Shown here: positions 7,499 to 17,473 of the stretch, one piece after another | Position numbering within the stretch: the stretch's first letter is position 1 | Layout of the letters: each line of letters begins with the position of its first letter | DNA from: Escherichia coli | GTDB taxonomy: Bacteria > Pseudomonadota > Gammaproteobacteria > Enterobacterales > Enterobacteriaceae | Assembly: GCF_003334355.1 (NCBI RefSeq) | Contig: NZ_QOWP01000020.1 | Direction: 5' to 3' (one strand) | DNA length: 64,000 bases | Program-made: the position numbers and the translations under genes | The notes under the pieces: generated by a model | What the model was told of the DNA's origin: nothing | Databases searched by the model: none | What the model saw: only the letters and a program-made list of their open reading frames with translations

Positions 7499-7633
7499 AT
7501 GGTGCATTACGAAGTAGTTCAGTATTTGATGGATTGTTGCGGTATCACTTACAACCAGGCTGTGCAGGCTTTACGCAGCAACGACTGGGATCTCTGGCAG
7601 GCAGAAGTCGCTATACGTAGCAACAAGATGTGA
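7499..7633 (+). CDS. ydaG: Rac prophage small protein YdaG (44 aa)
   Basis: Below the ORF-track cutoff. My translation is MVHYEVVQYLMDCCGITYNQAVQALRSNDWDLWQAEVAIRSNKM, which I recognise as K-12 YdaG. Confidence 0.8.
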   Translation: MVHYEVVQYLMDCCGITYNQAVQALRSNDWDLWQAEVAIRSNKM

Positions 7634-7643
7634 GATTCGCAAA

Positions 7644-7799
7644 ATGCAAAAAATCGACCTCGGCAACAACGAATCCCTGGTGTGCGGCGTGTTCCCCAAC
7701 CAGGATGGAACGTTCACTGCCATGACGTATACCAAAAGCAAAACATTTAAAACCGAAACTGGTGCGCGCCGATGGTTGGAGAAGCACACAGTAAGCTAA
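7644..7799 (+). CDS. ydaF: Rac prophage small protein YdaF (51 aa)
   Basis: Below the ORF-track cutoff. My translation is MQKIDLGNNESLVCGVFPNQDGTFTAMTYTKSKTFKTETGARRWLEKHTVS. Confidence 0.8.
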   Translation: MQKIDLGNNESLVCGVFPNQDGTFTAMTYTKSKTFKTETGARRWLEKHTVS

Positions 7800-8284
7800 C
7801 GATTAAAACGTCTACTCCTGCTGTTCCAGAATAACTTCATAAAATGGGAGTATTTTTCGGTGACGAGATAATAAGAACAGTTTGCGCTATCACTCTGATG
7901 TTGAATGATGCCCTTCCGTTCTAATTTTTTCATAACCGGGTTACGGCAAGGAGAAGTGATAATAAGATTTCCTGTTTTAAGGAAATCTTTAAATACAGCG
8001 ATTTCTTTCTCAGATAAACGAAGCAATACTCGTTGCTCTGGTAGTAATGAATAATGCTTTTGAATATGTGCTCGCAATCTTGAGAAGGAAATGGCGACCA
8101 CGAAAGAAAAGGCAAAAACGATAATCTGAAAGAGCCAAGGTATTTCAGTATAAGCATTGAATGCGACAGTAAACTCTTTCGGTATCAGCCAGAGAGTGAG
8201 ACCAAAAATGATAATCGTATACATAAGTCTTTCGAGTGGCTCGTTAGCAAAAAGTTTCAACAATGGAGTAAATACATCCAACAT
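7796..8284 (-). CDS. sieB: Superinfection exclusion protein SieB
   Basis: Track ORF 7796..8407 contains the K-12 SieB sequence from Met42 (MLDVFTPLLKLFANEPLERLMY...). This gives the known 162-aa product. Confidence 0.9.
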   Translation of the reverse strand: MLDVFTPLLKLFANEPLERLMYTIIIFGLTLWLIPKEFTVAFNAYTEIPWLFQIIVFAFSFVVAISFSRLRAHIQKHYSLLPEQRVLLRLSEKEIAVFKDFLKTGNLIITSPCRNPVMKKLERKGIIQHQSDSANCSYYLVTEKYSHFMKLFWNSRSRRFNR

Positions 8285-8725
8285 ATCAATAACTCTCAAC
8301 TGTAAGGGTATTGAAATGTTAACACAAGCTCTCGCTGTAGGGGTATAGCCGAGACCACCGAAGCCCGGAGGTGGTGAAATAAAACCGGGCACAACACGAA
8401 GGCGCATTTCCGATATCCATAAAGAGTCGGTCTTGTCTGTTAAATTTAAATGGTGGGAGTGCGCCTCCGGTTGTAAATAACGACATTGCTGTGTGTAGTC
8501 CTGGCGGCATCAGTTTTTTTCTTGAAGTTCGGCTGATGTCCGCCCTTTTTAAAGTGAATTTTGTGATGCGGTGAATGCGGCTAAGCGCACGTGGCACAGT
8601 TAAAAGTCATGTTAGTCCTTATTGGTTTGGGTGGGAAAGCCGACTGTAATTGTTAACTGGTTGCAGTCACCTGGAGGCACCAGACACCGCATCAACAAAG
8701 TTCATTTGTAAAAATGGAGATAATT

Positions 8726-8947
8726 ATGATTGCACATCACTTCGGAACTGATGAAATACCACGTCAGTGTGTGACTCCTGGCGATTATGTTCTTCATGAA
8801 GGCCGGACATATATTGCCTCGGCAAACAATATTAAAAAGCGAAAACTATATATTCGTAACCTGACCACAAAAACATTCATTACTGACCGCATGATTAAAG
8901 TCTTCCTCGGTCGTGATGGTTTACCTGTAAAGGCGGAGTCATGGTGA
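8726..8947 (+). CDS. kilR: Rac prophage FtsZ inhibitor KilR
   Basis: 73-aa product [38 protein letters not shown]... within track ORF 8714..8947. Confidence 0.9.
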
Positions 8948-9117
8948 TGACTAAGAAAATAAAATGTGCTTACCACCTTTGCAAAAAAGACGTTGAAGAA
9001 AGCAAAGCTATTGAAAGAATGCTTCACTTCATGCACGGGATTTTATCAAAAGACGAACCGAGAAAATATTGCAGTGAAGCTTGTGCCGAAAAAGACCAGA
9101 TGGCACATGAACTTTAA
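8947..9117 (+). CDS. ydaE: Rac prophage Cys4 small protein YdaE (56 aa)
   Basis: Below the ORF-track cutoff. The product is [56 protein letters not shown]. Its ATG overlaps the kilR stop (gTGATGa). Confidence 0.85.
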   Translation: MTKKIKCAYHLCKKDVEESKAIERMLHFMHGILSKDEPRKYCSEACAEKDQMAHEL

Positions 9118-9191
9118 TTAATTGACTATTCGAAACTGAATTTATGCCAGAAATGGCAGGTATTCGCTCAACCTTAATTAAGGAGAAAAAC

Positions 9192-9467
9192 ATGATTACC
9201 AATTATGAAGCCACTGTTGTAACTACCGATGACATTGTTCACGAGGTGAATCTGGAAGGAAAGCGCATTGGCTACGTAATTAAAACAGAAAATAAAGAAA
9301 CCCCATTCACTGTGGTTGATATCGATGGTCCATCAGGCAACGTAAAAACACTTGATGAAGGTGTCAAAAAAATGTGCCTGGTGCATATCGGAAAGAATCT
9401 GCCCGCAGAAAAAAAAGCCGAATTTCTGGCAACTCTAATTGCAATGAAATTAAAAGGTGAAATCTGA
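9192..9467 (+). CDS. racC: Rac prophage protein RacC
   Basis: 91-aa product MITNYEATVVTTDDIVHEVNLEGKRIGYV... A strong SD (aaggagaaaaacATG) precedes the start. It lies inside track ORF 9144..9467. Confidence 0.9.
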   Translation: MITNYEATVVTTDDIVHEVNLEGKRIGYVIKTENKETPFTVVDIDGPSGNVKTLDEGVKKMCLVHIGKNLPAEKKAEFLATLIAMKLKGEI

Positions 9468-9472
9468 AAGAA

Positions 9473-9497
9473 ATAGCCTGCGTATGGCGCAGGCTAT
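9473..9497 (+). terminator. Hairpin between racC and recE (possible attenuator or terminator; no T-run)
   Basis: 10-bp perfect stem atagcctgcg/cgcaggctat with a 5-nt loop. Confidence 0.35.
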
Positions 9498-9568
9498 GAA
9501 CAGTGTGTATCCGGCAAGATCATTCACTGAACAAAACGAATTTTAATCTGAGTTGAGGTTAAAAAACA

Positions 9569-12169
9569 ATGAGCACAAAACCACTCTTCCTGTTACGGAA
9601 AGCGAAAAAATCATCCGGTGAACCTGACGTCGTCCTGTGGGCAAGCAACGATTTTGAATCGACCTGTGCCACTCTGGACTACCTGATCGTTAAGTCAGGT
9701 AAAAAACTGAGCAGCTATTTTAAAGCTGTTGCCACGAATTTTCCTGTCGTTAATGACCTGCCCGCTGAAGGTGAGATCGATTTTACCTGGAGTGAACGCT
9801 ATCAACTCAGCAAAGACTCCATGACATGGGAACTAAAACCGGGAGCAGCACCAGACAACGCTCACTATCAAGGCAATACCAACGTCAACGGCGAAGACAT
9901 GACTGAGATTGAGGAGAATATGCTACTCCCAATTTCTGGCCAGGAACTGCCCATTCGTTGGCTTGCTCAACACGGCAGCGAAAAACCGGTAACGCACGTT
10001 TCACGCGACGGACTCCAGGCATTACACATTGCTCTGGCTGAAGAACTACCGGCTGTTACTGCCCTGGCTGTTTCCCACAAAACCAGCCTGCTCGACCCGC
10101 TGGAAATTCGCGAACTCCACAAACTGGTTCGTGACACTGACAAAGTTTTCCCTAATCCTGGTAATTCAAACCTGGGACTGATAACTGCTTTTTTCGAAGC
10201 ATACCTGAACGCTGACTACACCGATCGAGGACTGCTGACAAAAGAGTGGATGAAGGGTAATCGTGTTTCACACATCACTCGCACGGCTTCCGGTGCTAAT
10301 GCTGGCGGCGGAAACCTCACCGATCGCGGCGAAGGTTTCGTACACGATCTGACGTCACTGGCGCGCGACGTAGCCACTGGCGTACTGGCCCGTTCAATGG
10401 ATCTGGACATCTATAACCTTCATCCGGCACACGCTAAACGCATTGAGGAAATTATCGCTGAAAATAAACCGCCCTTTTCTGTTTTCCGCGACAAATTCAT
10501 CACCATGCCTGGCGGGCTGGATTATTCCCGCGCCATCGTGGTTGCGTCCGTAAAAGAAGCACCAATTGGGATCGAGGTCATCCCCGCGCACGTCACTGAA
10601 TATCTGAACAAAGTACTGACTGAAACCGATCATGCCAACCCTGATCCGGAAATCGTGGATATTGCCTGCGGTCGCTCCTCTGCCCCGATGCCGCAGCGAG
10701 TAACAGAAGAAGGAAAACAGGATGATGAAGAAAAACCGCAACCATCTGGAACAACGGCAGTTGAACAGGGAGAGGCTGAAACAATGGAACCGGACGCAAC
10801 TGAACATCATCAGGACACGCAGCCGCTGGATGCTCAGTCACAGGTAAATTCTGTTGATGCGAAATATCAGGAACTGCGGGCAGAACTCCATGAAGCCCGG
10901 AAAAACATTCCATCAAAAAATCCTGTCGATGACGATAAATTGCTTGCTGCATCACGTGGTGAATTTGTTGACGGAATTAGCGACCCGAACGATCCGAAAT
11001 GGGTAAAGGGGATCCAGACTCGCGATTGTGTGTACCAGAACCAGCCAGAAACGGAAAAAACCAGCCCAGATATGAATCAACCTGAGCCAGTAGTGCAACA
11101 GGAACCGGAAATAGCCTGCAATGCCTGCGGCCAGACTGGCGGGGATAACTGCCCTGACTGTGGTGCGGTGATGGGCGACGCAACATACCAGGAAACATTC
11201 GATGAAGAGAGTCAGGTTGAAGCTAAGGAAAATGATCCGGAGGAAATGGAAGGCGCTGAACATCCGCACAATGAGAATGCTGGCAGCGATCCGCATCGCG
11301 ATTGCAGTGATGAAACTGGCGAAGTCGCAGATCCCGTAATCGTAGAAGACATAGAGCCAGGTATTTATTACGGAATTTCGAATGAGAATTACCACGCGGG
11401 TCCCGGTATCAGTAAGTCTCAGCTCGATGACATTGCTGATACTCCGGCACTATATTTGTGGCGTAAAAATGCCCCCGTGGACACCACAAAGACAAAAACG
11501 CTCGATTTAGGAACTGCTTTCCACTGCCGGGTACTTGAACCGGAAGAATTCAGTAACCGCTTTATCGTAGCACCTGAATTTAACCGCCGTACAAACGCCG
11601 GAAAAGAAGAAGAGAAAGCGTTTCTGATGGAATGCGCAAGCACAGGAAAAACGGTTATCACTGCGGAAGAAGGCCGGGAAATTGAACTCATGTATCAAAG
11701 CGTTATGGCTTTGCCGCTGGGGCAATGGCTTGTTGAAAGCGCCGGACACGCTGAATCATCAATTTACTGGGAAGATCCTGAAACAGGAATTTTGTGTCGG
11801 TGCCGTCCGGACAAAATTATCCCTGAATTTCACTGGATCATGGACGTGAAAACTACGGCGGATATTCAACGATTCAAAACCGCTTATTACGACTACCGCT
11901 ATCACGTTCAGGATGCATTCTACAGTGACGGTTATGAAGCACAGTTTGGAGTGCAGCCAACTTTCGTTTTTCTGGTTGCCAGCACAACTATTGAATGCGG
12001 ACGTTATCCGGTTGAAATTTTCATGATGGGCGAAGAAGCAAAACTGGCAGGTCAACAGGAATATCACCGCAATCTGCGAACCCTGTCTGACTGCCTGAAT
12101 ACCGATGAATGGCCAGCTATTAAGACATTATCACTGCCCCGCTGGGCTAAGGAATATGCAAATGACTAA
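9569..12169 (+). CDS. recE: Exodeoxyribonuclease VIII RecE
   Basis: 866-aa ORF, the same length as K-12 RecE. It has an acidic central region and a C-terminal nuclease domain, and is followed by the overlapping recT. Confidence 0.95.
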   Translation: MSTKPLFLLRKAKKSSGEPDVVLWASNDFESTCATLDYLIVKSGKKLSSYFKAVATNFPVVNDLPAEGEIDFTWSERYQLSKDSMTWELKPGAAPDNAHYQGNTNVNGEDMTEIEENMLLPISGQELPIRWLAQHGSEKPVTHVSRDGLQALHIALAEELPAVTALAVSHKTSLLDPLEIRELHKLVRDTDKVFPNPGNSNLGLITAFFEAYLNADYTDRGLLTKEWMKGNRVSHITRTASGANAGGGNLTDRGEGFVHDLTSLARDVATGVLARSMDLDIYNLHPAHAKRIEEIIAENKPPFSVFRDKFITMPGGLDYSRAIVVASVKEAPIGIEVIPAHVTEYLNKVLTETDHANPDPEIVDIACGRSSAPMPQRVTEEGKQDDEEKPQPSGTTAVEQGEAETMEPDATEHHQDTQPLDAQSQVNSVDAKYQELRAELHEARKNIPSKNPVDDDKLLAASRGEFVDGISDPNDPKWVKGIQTRDCVYQNQPETEKTSPDMNQPEPVVQQEPEIACNACGQTGGDNCPDCGAVMGDATYQETFDEESQVEAKENDPEEMEGAEHPHNENAGSDPHRDCSDETGEVADPVIVEDIEPGIYYGISNENYHAGPGISKSQLDDIADTPALYLWRKNAPVDTTKTKTLDLGTAFHCRVLEPEEFSNRFIVAPEFNRRTNAGKEEEKAFLMECASTGKTVITAEEGREIELMYQSVMALPLGQWLVESAGHAESSIYWEDPETGILCRCRPDKIIPEFHWIMDVKTTADIQRFKTAYYDYRYHVQDAFYSDGYEAQFGVQPTFVFLVASTTIECGRYPVEIFMMGEEAKLAGQQEYHRNLRTLSDCLNTDEWPAIKTLSLPRWAKEYAND

Positions 12170-12971
12170 GCAACCACCAATCGCAAAAGCCGATCTGCAA
12201 AAAACTCAGGGAAACCGTGCACCAGCAGCAGTTAAAAATAGCGACGTGATTAGTTTTATTAACCAGCCATCAATGAAAGAGCAACTGGCAGCAGCTCTTC
12301 CACGCCATATGACGGCTGAACGTATGATCCGTATCGCCACCACAGAAATTCGTAAAGTTCCGGCGTTAGGAAACTGTGACACTATGAGTTTTGTCAGTGC
12401 GATCGTACAGTGTTCACAGCTCGGACTTGAGCCAGGTAGCGCCCTCGGTCATGCATATTTACTGCCTTTTGGTAATAAAAACGAAAAGAGCGGTAAAAAG
12501 AACGTTCAGCTAATCATTGGCTATCGCGGCATGATTGATCTGGCTCGCCGTTCTGGTCAAATCGCCAGCCTGTCAGCCCGTGTTGTCCGTGAAGGTGACG
12601 AGTTTAGCTTCGAATTTGGCCTTGATGAAAAGTTAATACACCGCCCGGGAGAAAACGAAGATGCCCCGGTTACCCACGTCTATGCTGTCGCAAGACTGAA
12701 AGACGGAGGTACTCAGTTTGAAGTTATGACGCGCAAACAGATTGAGCTGGTGCGCAGCCTGAGTAAAGCTGGTAATAACGGGCCGTGGGTAACTCACTGG
12801 GAAGAAATGGCAAAGAAAACGGCTATTCGTCGCCTGTTCAAATATCTGCCCGTATCAATTGAGATCCAGCGTGCAGTATCAATGGATGAAAAGGAACCAC
12901 TGACAATCGATCCTGCAGATTCCTCTGTATTAACCGGGGAATACAGTGTAATCGATAATTCAGAGGAATAA
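12162..12971 (+). CDS. recT: Single-strand annealing recombinase RecT
   Basis: 269-aa product from [24 protein letters not shown]... The ATG overlaps the recE stop. It lies inside track ORF 12105..12971. Confidence 0.95.
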   Translation: MTKQPPIAKADLQKTQGNRAPAAVKNSDVISFINQPSMKEQLAAALPRHMTAERMIRIATTEIRKVPALGNCDTMSFVSAIVQCSQLGLEPGSALGHAYLLPFGNKNEKSGKKNVQLIIGYRGMIDLARRSGQIASLSARVVREGDEFSFEFGLDEKLIHRPGENEDAPVTHVYAVARLKDGGTQFEVMTRKQIELVRSLSKAGNNGPWVTHWEEMAKKTAIRRLFKYLPVSIEIQRAVSMDEKEPLTIDPADSSVLTGEYSVIDNSEE

Positions 12972-12979
12972 TTCAGCCT

Positions 12980-12998
12980 GGCGGTGTAATGCACCGCC
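12980..12998 (+). terminator. Hairpin after recT
   Basis: Stem ggcggtg/caccgcc with a 5-nt loop. A T-run (atatttttt) begins about 11 nt downstream. Confidence 0.35.
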
Positions 12999-13027
12999 AA
13001 CTTGAAATATTTTTTATGAGAAAAATT

Positions 13028-13222
13028 ATGAGATATGACAATGTTAAACCATGTCCATTTTGTGGTTGTCCATCAGTAACGGTGAAAGCCATTTCAGGAT
13101 ATTACCGAGCGAAGTGTAACGGATGCGAATCCCGAACCGGTTATGGTGGAAGTGAAAAAGAAGCACTCGAAAGATGGAATAAACGAACCACTGGAAATAA
13201 TAATGGAGGTGTTCATGTATAA
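13028..13222 (+). CDS. ralR: Restriction alleviation protein / type I toxin RalR (Lar)
   Basis: 64-aa zinc-ribbon product MRYDNVKPCPFCGCPSVTVKAISGYYRAKCNGCESRTGYGGSEKEALERWNKRTTGNNNGGVHV. Confidence 0.9.
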   Translation: MRYDNVKPCPFCGCPSVTVKAISGYYRAKCNGCESRTGYGGSEKEALERWNKRTTGNNNGGVHV

Positions 13223-13424
13223 AATTACCGCCACTATTGAAAAGGAAGGTGGCACTCCTACTAACTGGACAAGATATTCAAAATCTAAACTAACGAAATC
13301 AGAATGCGAAAAAATGCTCTCAGGTAAAAAAGAAGCAGGCGTTTCCAGAGAGCAGAAAGTAAAACTGATAAATTTTAATTGCGAGAAACTTCAGTCCTCG
13401 AGAATTGCATTGTATTCAAATTAA
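13215..13424 (+). CDS. ydaC: Rac prophage protein YdaC
   Basis: 69-aa product MYKITATIEKEGGTPTNWTRYSKSKL... It overlaps the ralR stop by 8 nt. Confidence 0.85.
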   Translation: MYKITATIEKEGGTPTNWTRYSKSKLTKSECEKMLSGKKEAGVSREQKVKLINFNCEKLQSSRIALYSN

Positions 13425-13502
13425 AACTTCATAGCTGATTATTAATAATCAACATCGGGCGTCAATTTCAGTCTAACATTGGCGCCTGCCAGAGGTGATG
13501 CG

Positions 13503-13718
13503 ATGGCACAAGTAATCTTTAATGAAGAGTGGATGGTTGAATACGGCCTGATGCTTCGCACTGGTCTGGGGGCCAGACAAATTGAAGCATACCGCCAGAA
13601 CTGTTGGGTGGAGGGCTTCCACTTCAAACGAGTATCTCCTTTAGGTAAGCCAGACAGCAAACGAGGGATTATCTGGTACAACTATCCAAAGATAAATCAG
13701 TTTATCAAAGACTCATGA
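13503..13718 (+). CDS. xisR: Rac prophage excisionase XisR (YdaQ)
   Basis: 71-aa product [35 protein letters not shown]..., immediately upstream of intR. Confidence 0.85.
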   Translation: MAQVIFNEEWMVEYGLMLRTGLGARQIEAYRQNCWVEGFHFKRVSPLGKPDSKRGIIWYNYPKINQFIKDS

Positions 13719-13719
13719 T

Positions 13720-14955
13720 ATGTCTAAATTACCAACAGGTGTCGAGATTAGAGGTAGATACATTCGCATCTGGTTCATGTTTCGAGGAAAACGATGTCGG
13801 GAAACATTAAAAGGCTGGGAGATTACAAACAGTAATATTAAAAAGGCCGGAAATTTAAGAGCGCTGATAGTTCATGAAATAAACTCCGGTGAATTTGAGT
13901 ATTTAAGACGTTTTCCCCAGTCCAGCACTGGGGCAAAAATGGTGACAACGAGAGTCATAAAAACGTTCGGAGAGCTTTGTGATATCTGGACAAAAATTAA
14001 AGAGACAGAGTTAACAACAAACACAATGAAGAAAACGAAATCACAATTAAAAACACTCAGAATAATAATTTGTGAAAGTACCCCGATATCACATATTCGT
14101 TATAGCGATATCTTAAACTACCGGAATGAACTGCTGCATGGAGAAACGCTTTACCTGGATAATCCAAGATCCAACAAAAAAGGAAGAACCGTGCGCACAG
14201 TTGATAACTATATCGCCCTGCTCTGTTCGCTGTTGCGTTTTGCGTATCAGTCGGGATTTATATCAACCAAACCATTTGAAGGAGTAAAAAAATTACAGCG
14301 AAACAGAATAAAGCCTGATCCGTTATCTAAAACAGAATTCAATGCATTAATGGAAAGTGAAAAAGGACAGAGCCAGAACTTGTGGAAATTTGCCGTTTAC
14401 TCAGGACTTCGTCACGGGGAACTGGCAGCTCTGGCGTGGGAGGATGTGGATCTCGAAAAGGGAATAGTGAATGTCAGAAGAAACCTGACGATACTTGATA
14501 TGTTCGGTCCCCCAAAAACAAATGCCGGGATCCGAACAGTAACACTACTGCAGCCTGCTCTTGAAGCACTGAAGGAGCAATACAAACTGACCGGGCATCA
14601 TCGCAAAAGCGAAATCACCTTTTATCATCGGGAGTACGGCAGAACCGAAAAGCAAAAACTGCATTTTGTTTTCATGCCCAGGGTGTGTAACGGAAAACAA
14701 AAACCTTATTACTCGGTAAGCAGTTTGGGGGCAAGGTGGAATGCAGCAGTAAAACGTGCTGGTATTCGCCGCCGTAATCCGTACCATACGCGGCATACTT
14801 TTGCCTGCTGGCTGTTGACGGCAGGAGCGAACCCGGCATTTATAGCCAGCCAAATGGGGCATGAAACTGCGCAGATGGTGTATGAAATTTACGGTATGTG
14901 GATTGATGACATGAACGACGAACAGATAGCCATGTTGAATGCGCGGTTATCGTAG
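13720..14955 (+). CDS. intR: Rac prophage tyrosine integrase IntR
   Basis: 411-aa ORF with the C-terminal catalytic region (..NPYHTRHTFACWLLTAGANPAFIASQMGHETAQMVYEIY). It lies next to the ttcA junction. Confidence 0.95.
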   Translation: MSKLPTGVEIRGRYIRIWFMFRGKRCRETLKGWEITNSNIKKAGNLRALIVHEINSGEFEYLRRFPQSSTGAKMVTTRVIKTFGELCDIWTKIKETELTTNTMKKTKSQLKTLRIIICESTPISHIRYSDILNYRNELLHGETLYLDNPRSNKKGRTVRTVDNYIALLCSLLRFAYQSGFISTKPFEGVKKLQRNRIKPDPLSKTEFNALMESEKGQSQNLWKFAVYSGLRHGELAALAWEDVDLEKGIVNVRRNLTILDMFGPPKTNAGIRTVTLLQPALEALKEQYKLTGHHRKSEITFYHREYGRTEKQKLHFVFMPRVCNGKQKPYYSVSSLGARWNAAVKRAGIRRRNPYHTRHTFACWLLTAGANPAFIASQMGHETAQMVYEIYGMWIDDMNDEQIAMLNARLS

Positions 14956-15006
14956 TTGCAAAGTTTGCCCCCAATTTGCCCCATTTAGTACCAGAGAACT
15001 GAAATA

Positions 15007-15942
15007 ATGCAAGAAAATCAACAAATTACAAAGAAAGAACAATACAACCTGAACAAATTACAAAAACGTCTGCGTCGTAACGTGGGCGAAGCCATTGCTG
15101 ACTTCAATATGATTGAAGAAGGCGATCGCATCATGGTTTGCCTCTCCGGGGGTAAAGACAGCTATACCATGCTGGAGATTCTGCGCAATTTGCAGCAAAG
15201 CGCGCCAATCAATTTTTCGCTGGTGGCTGTTAACCTCGATCAAAAGCAACCGGGCTTCCCGGAACACGTTCTGCCCGAGTATCTTGAAAAGCTGGGCGTT
15301 GAGTACAAGATTGTTGAAGAGAATACTTACGGTATCGTGAAAGAGAAGATTCCAGAGGGCAAAACCACTTGCTCACTGTGTTCTCGCCTTCGTCGCGGTA
15401 TCCTTTATCGTACCGCAACGGAACTGGGGGCGACGAAGATCGCGTTGGGTCACCATCGTGACGATATCCTGCAAACGTTGTTCTTAAATATGTTCTACGG
15501 CGGTAAGATGAAAGGTATGCCTCCGAAACTGATGAGCGATGATGGCAAACATATCGTTATTCGTCCGCTGGCCTACTGCCGCGAGAAAGATATTCAGCGA
15601 TTTGCCGATGCAAAAGCGTTCCCGATTATTCCGTGCAACCTGTGCGGTTCACAGCCTAACCTGCAACGTCAGGTGATTGCTGACATGTTGCGTGACTGGG
15701 ATAAACGTTATCCAGGGCGTATCGAGACGATGTTCAGCGCGATGCAGAATGTGGTGCCGTCGCATCTGTGCGATACCAACCTGTTCGATTTCAAAGGCAT
15801 CACCCACGGTTCTGAAGTGGTTAACGGGGGTGATCTGGCGTTTGATCGCGAAGAGATCCCACTACAACCGGCGGGCTGGCAGCCAGAAGAAGATGAAAAT
15901 CAGTTGGATGAGTTACGGCTGAATGTGGTTGAAGTGAAATAA
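15007..15942 (+). CDS. ttcA: tRNA 2-thiocytidine(32) synthetase TtcA
   Basis: 311-aa ORF with the PP-loop SGGKDS and Cys motifs. It matches K-12 TtcA. In Rac lysogens the 5' end is supplied by the prophage. Confidence 0.95.
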   Translation: MQENQQITKKEQYNLNKLQKRLRRNVGEAIADFNMIEEGDRIMVCLSGGKDSYTMLEILRNLQQSAPINFSLVAVNLDQKQPGFPEHVLPEYLEKLGVEYKIVEENTYGIVKEKIPEGKTTCSLCSRLRRGILYRTATELGATKIALGHHRDDILQTLFLNMFYGGKMKGMPPKLMSDDGKHIVIRPLAYCREKDIQRFADAKAFPIIPCNLCGSQPNLQRQVIADMLRDWDKRYPGRIETMFSAMQNVVPSHLCDTNLFDFKGITHGSEVVNGGDLAFDREEIPLQPAGWQPEEDENQLDELRLNVVEVK

Positions 15943-15952
15943 CCAGGATAGC

Positions 15953-15976
15953 GCCCGATGCGCAAGCGTATCGGGC
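15953..15976 (+). terminator. Hairpin after ttcA
   Basis: Stem gcccgat/atcgggc with a 10-nt loop, 11 nt after the stop codon. Confidence 0.4.
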
Positions 15977-15989
15977 TACTCTTATGGAG

Positions 15990-16022
15990 GCCGGATAAGA
16001 CGCGGCCAGCGTCGCATCCGGC
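15990..16022. repeat. REP (palindromic unit) element
   Basis: gccggataagacgcggccagcgtcgcatccggc matches the E. coli REP consensus. It lies between convergent ttcA and dbpA. Confidence 0.8.
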
Positions 16023-16070
16023 AATCCCGAATAAGATGTTTACTCTTGCACCCGGCAATTCAACATTTCA

Positions 16071-17444
16071 TTATTTTAATAACCGCACCCGGCACGTTTT
16101 TCCTTTAATCTTCCCGCCCTGTAACTGTTTCCATGCTTTATGAGCAACAGCCTGACGGACCGCGACATAGACATGCGCCGGATGCACGGCGATTTTGCCA
16201 ATATCTGCGCCATCAAGCCCGATATCTCCTGTCAGTGCACCTAATACATCACCCGGGCGCATTTTGGCTTTTTTCCCGCCATCGATACACAACGTTGCCA
16301 TTTCTGCTTCCAGCGTCGCAATGGAACTATTAGCTGGCGGCGTTTGCCAGTTAAGTTTTATCTGCAACATGTCAGAAATGATATTGGCCCGCTGTGCTTC
16401 TTCCGGAGCACAGAAACTGATCGCCAGACCGCTATTTCCTGCACGAGCTGTACGACCGATGCGATGTACATGAACTTCAGGGTCCCACGCCAGCTCAAAG
16501 TTCACCACCAGCTCAAGCGATTTAATATCCAGACCACGCGCAGCAACATCAGTCGCGACCAGTACACGGGCGCTACCGTTAGCAAAACGTACCAGGGTCT
16601 GATCGCGATCGCGTTGCTCCAAATCGCCGTGTAATGACAATGCACTTTGCCCTACTTCATTCAGCGCGTCGCAGACAGCCTGGCAATCTTTTTTGGTATT
16701 GCAAAACACCACGCAAGAGGATGGCTGATGCAAGCTTAATAACCGTTGCAACAGAGGAATTTTGCCTTTGCTGGATGTCTCATAAAATTGTTGTTCAATG
16801 GGTGGCAAAGCATCTGTTGAGTCAATTTCAATCGCCAAAGGATCGCGTTGCACTCGTCCGCTGATTGCAGCGATGGCTTCCGGCCAGGTTGCCGAAAACA
16901 GAAGCGTCTGTCGAGATGCAGGCGCAAAACGGATGACATCATCAATGGCATCGCTAAATCCCATATCCAGCATGCGGTCGGCCTCATCCATCACCAGCGT
17001 ATTCAACGCATCCAGTGATACCGTGCCTTTTTGCAGGTGATCCAGCAAACGCCCCGGCGTTGCCACGATAATATGCGGCGCATGTTGCAACGAATCACGC
17101 TGCATACCGAACGGTTGACCACCGCACAACGTCAAAATTTTGGTATTTGGCAGAAAACGCGCCAGCCGACGCAATTCACCTGCCACCTGATCCGCCAGTT
17201 CACGCGTAGGACACAGCACTAAAGCCTGGGTTTGAAATAGCGACGCATCAATTTGCTGTAACAAGCCGAGGCCAAAAGCCGCCGTTTTGCCGCTGCCGGT
17301 TTTCGCCTGCACGCGAACATCTTTTCCGGCAAGGATCGCCGGAAGCGCGGCGGCCTGCACCGGCGTCATGGTTAAATAACCCAACTCATTAAGGTTCGTG
17401 AGTTGGGCGGGAGGCAAAACATTCAGGGTAGAAAAAGCGGTCAC
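16071..17444 (-). CDS. dbpA: ATP-dependent RNA helicase DbpA (DEAD-box)
   Basis: 457-aa ORF with the motifs AKTGSGKT, DEAD, SAT and HRIGRTAR. Confidence 0.95.
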   Translation of the reverse strand: MTAFSTLNVLPPAQLTNLNELGYLTMTPVQAAALPAILAGKDVRVQAKTGSGKTAAFGLGLLQQIDASLFQTQALVLCPTRELADQVAGELRRLARFLPNTKILTLCGGQPFGMQRDSLQHAPHIIVATPGRLLDHLQKGTVSLDALNTLVMDEADRMLDMGFSDAIDDVIRFAPASRQTLLFSATWPEAIAAISGRVQRDPLAIEIDSTDALPPIEQQFYETSSKGKIPLLQRLLSLHQPSSCVVFCNTKKDCQAVCDALNEVGQSALSLHGDLEQRDRDQTLVRFANGSARVLVATDVAARGLDIKSLELVVNFELAWDPEVHVHRIGRTARAGNSGLAISFCAPEEAQRANIISDMLQIKLNWQTPPANSSIATLEAEMATLCIDGGKKAKMRPGDVLGALTGDIGLDGADIGKIAVHPAHVYVAVRQAVAHKAWKQLQGGKIKGKTCRVRLLK

Positions 17445-17473
17445 AATCTATTCTCGTGGTCATCGACGCAAAG

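Larger units (their letters stand above)
4361..15006. mobile_element. Truncated Rac-type lambdoid cryptic prophage (integration, recombination, exclusion, immunity and replication modules only)
   Basis: Contiguous genes intR, xisR, ydaC, ralR, recT, recE, racC, ydaE, kilR, sieB, ydaF, ydaG, a repressor/cro/cII-like switch and a replication gene. The right junction is the known Rac attachment region at the 5' end of ttcA. The left boundary is uncertain: I saw no ttcA-derived att repeat, and phage-like genes stop at 4429. Confidence 0.8.

Noticed and set aside
7796-8407. 203-aa version of sieB with a 41-codon N-terminal extension
   Set aside because: The extension (MRLRVVPGFISPPPGFGG...) has no resemblance to SieB. 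The K-12 product of 162 aa starts at Met42 (nt 8284).
8494-8550. Inverted repeat ggcggcatcag...ctgatgtccgcc followed by cttttt, as a terminator upstream of kilR
   Set aside because: The loop is about 19 nt and the stem is imperfect. This is too weak to call without RNA-end data.
7571-8597. Track ORFs 7571..7789, 7930..8157, 8157..8348 and 8319..8597 in the sieB/ydaF region
   Set aside because: They overlap ydaG, ydaF or sieB on the opposite strand or in another frame. ORF 8319..8597 otherwise lies in the sieB upstream region. They have low-complexity or odd composition and no start-site signals, so I treat them as shadow ORFs.
10394-11395. Long antisense ORFs inside recE (138, 120, 147 aa)
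   Set aside because: They lie opposite a well-established 866-aa gene. The products are Cys/Phe/Arg-rich with unnatural composition, and there are no RBS signals.
12972-13222. Placing the RalA antitoxin sRNA of the RalR/RalA type I system
   Set aside because: I know the sRNA exists in K-12 Rac but cannot recall its coordinates or sequence. Nothing in the sequence alone lets me delimit it.
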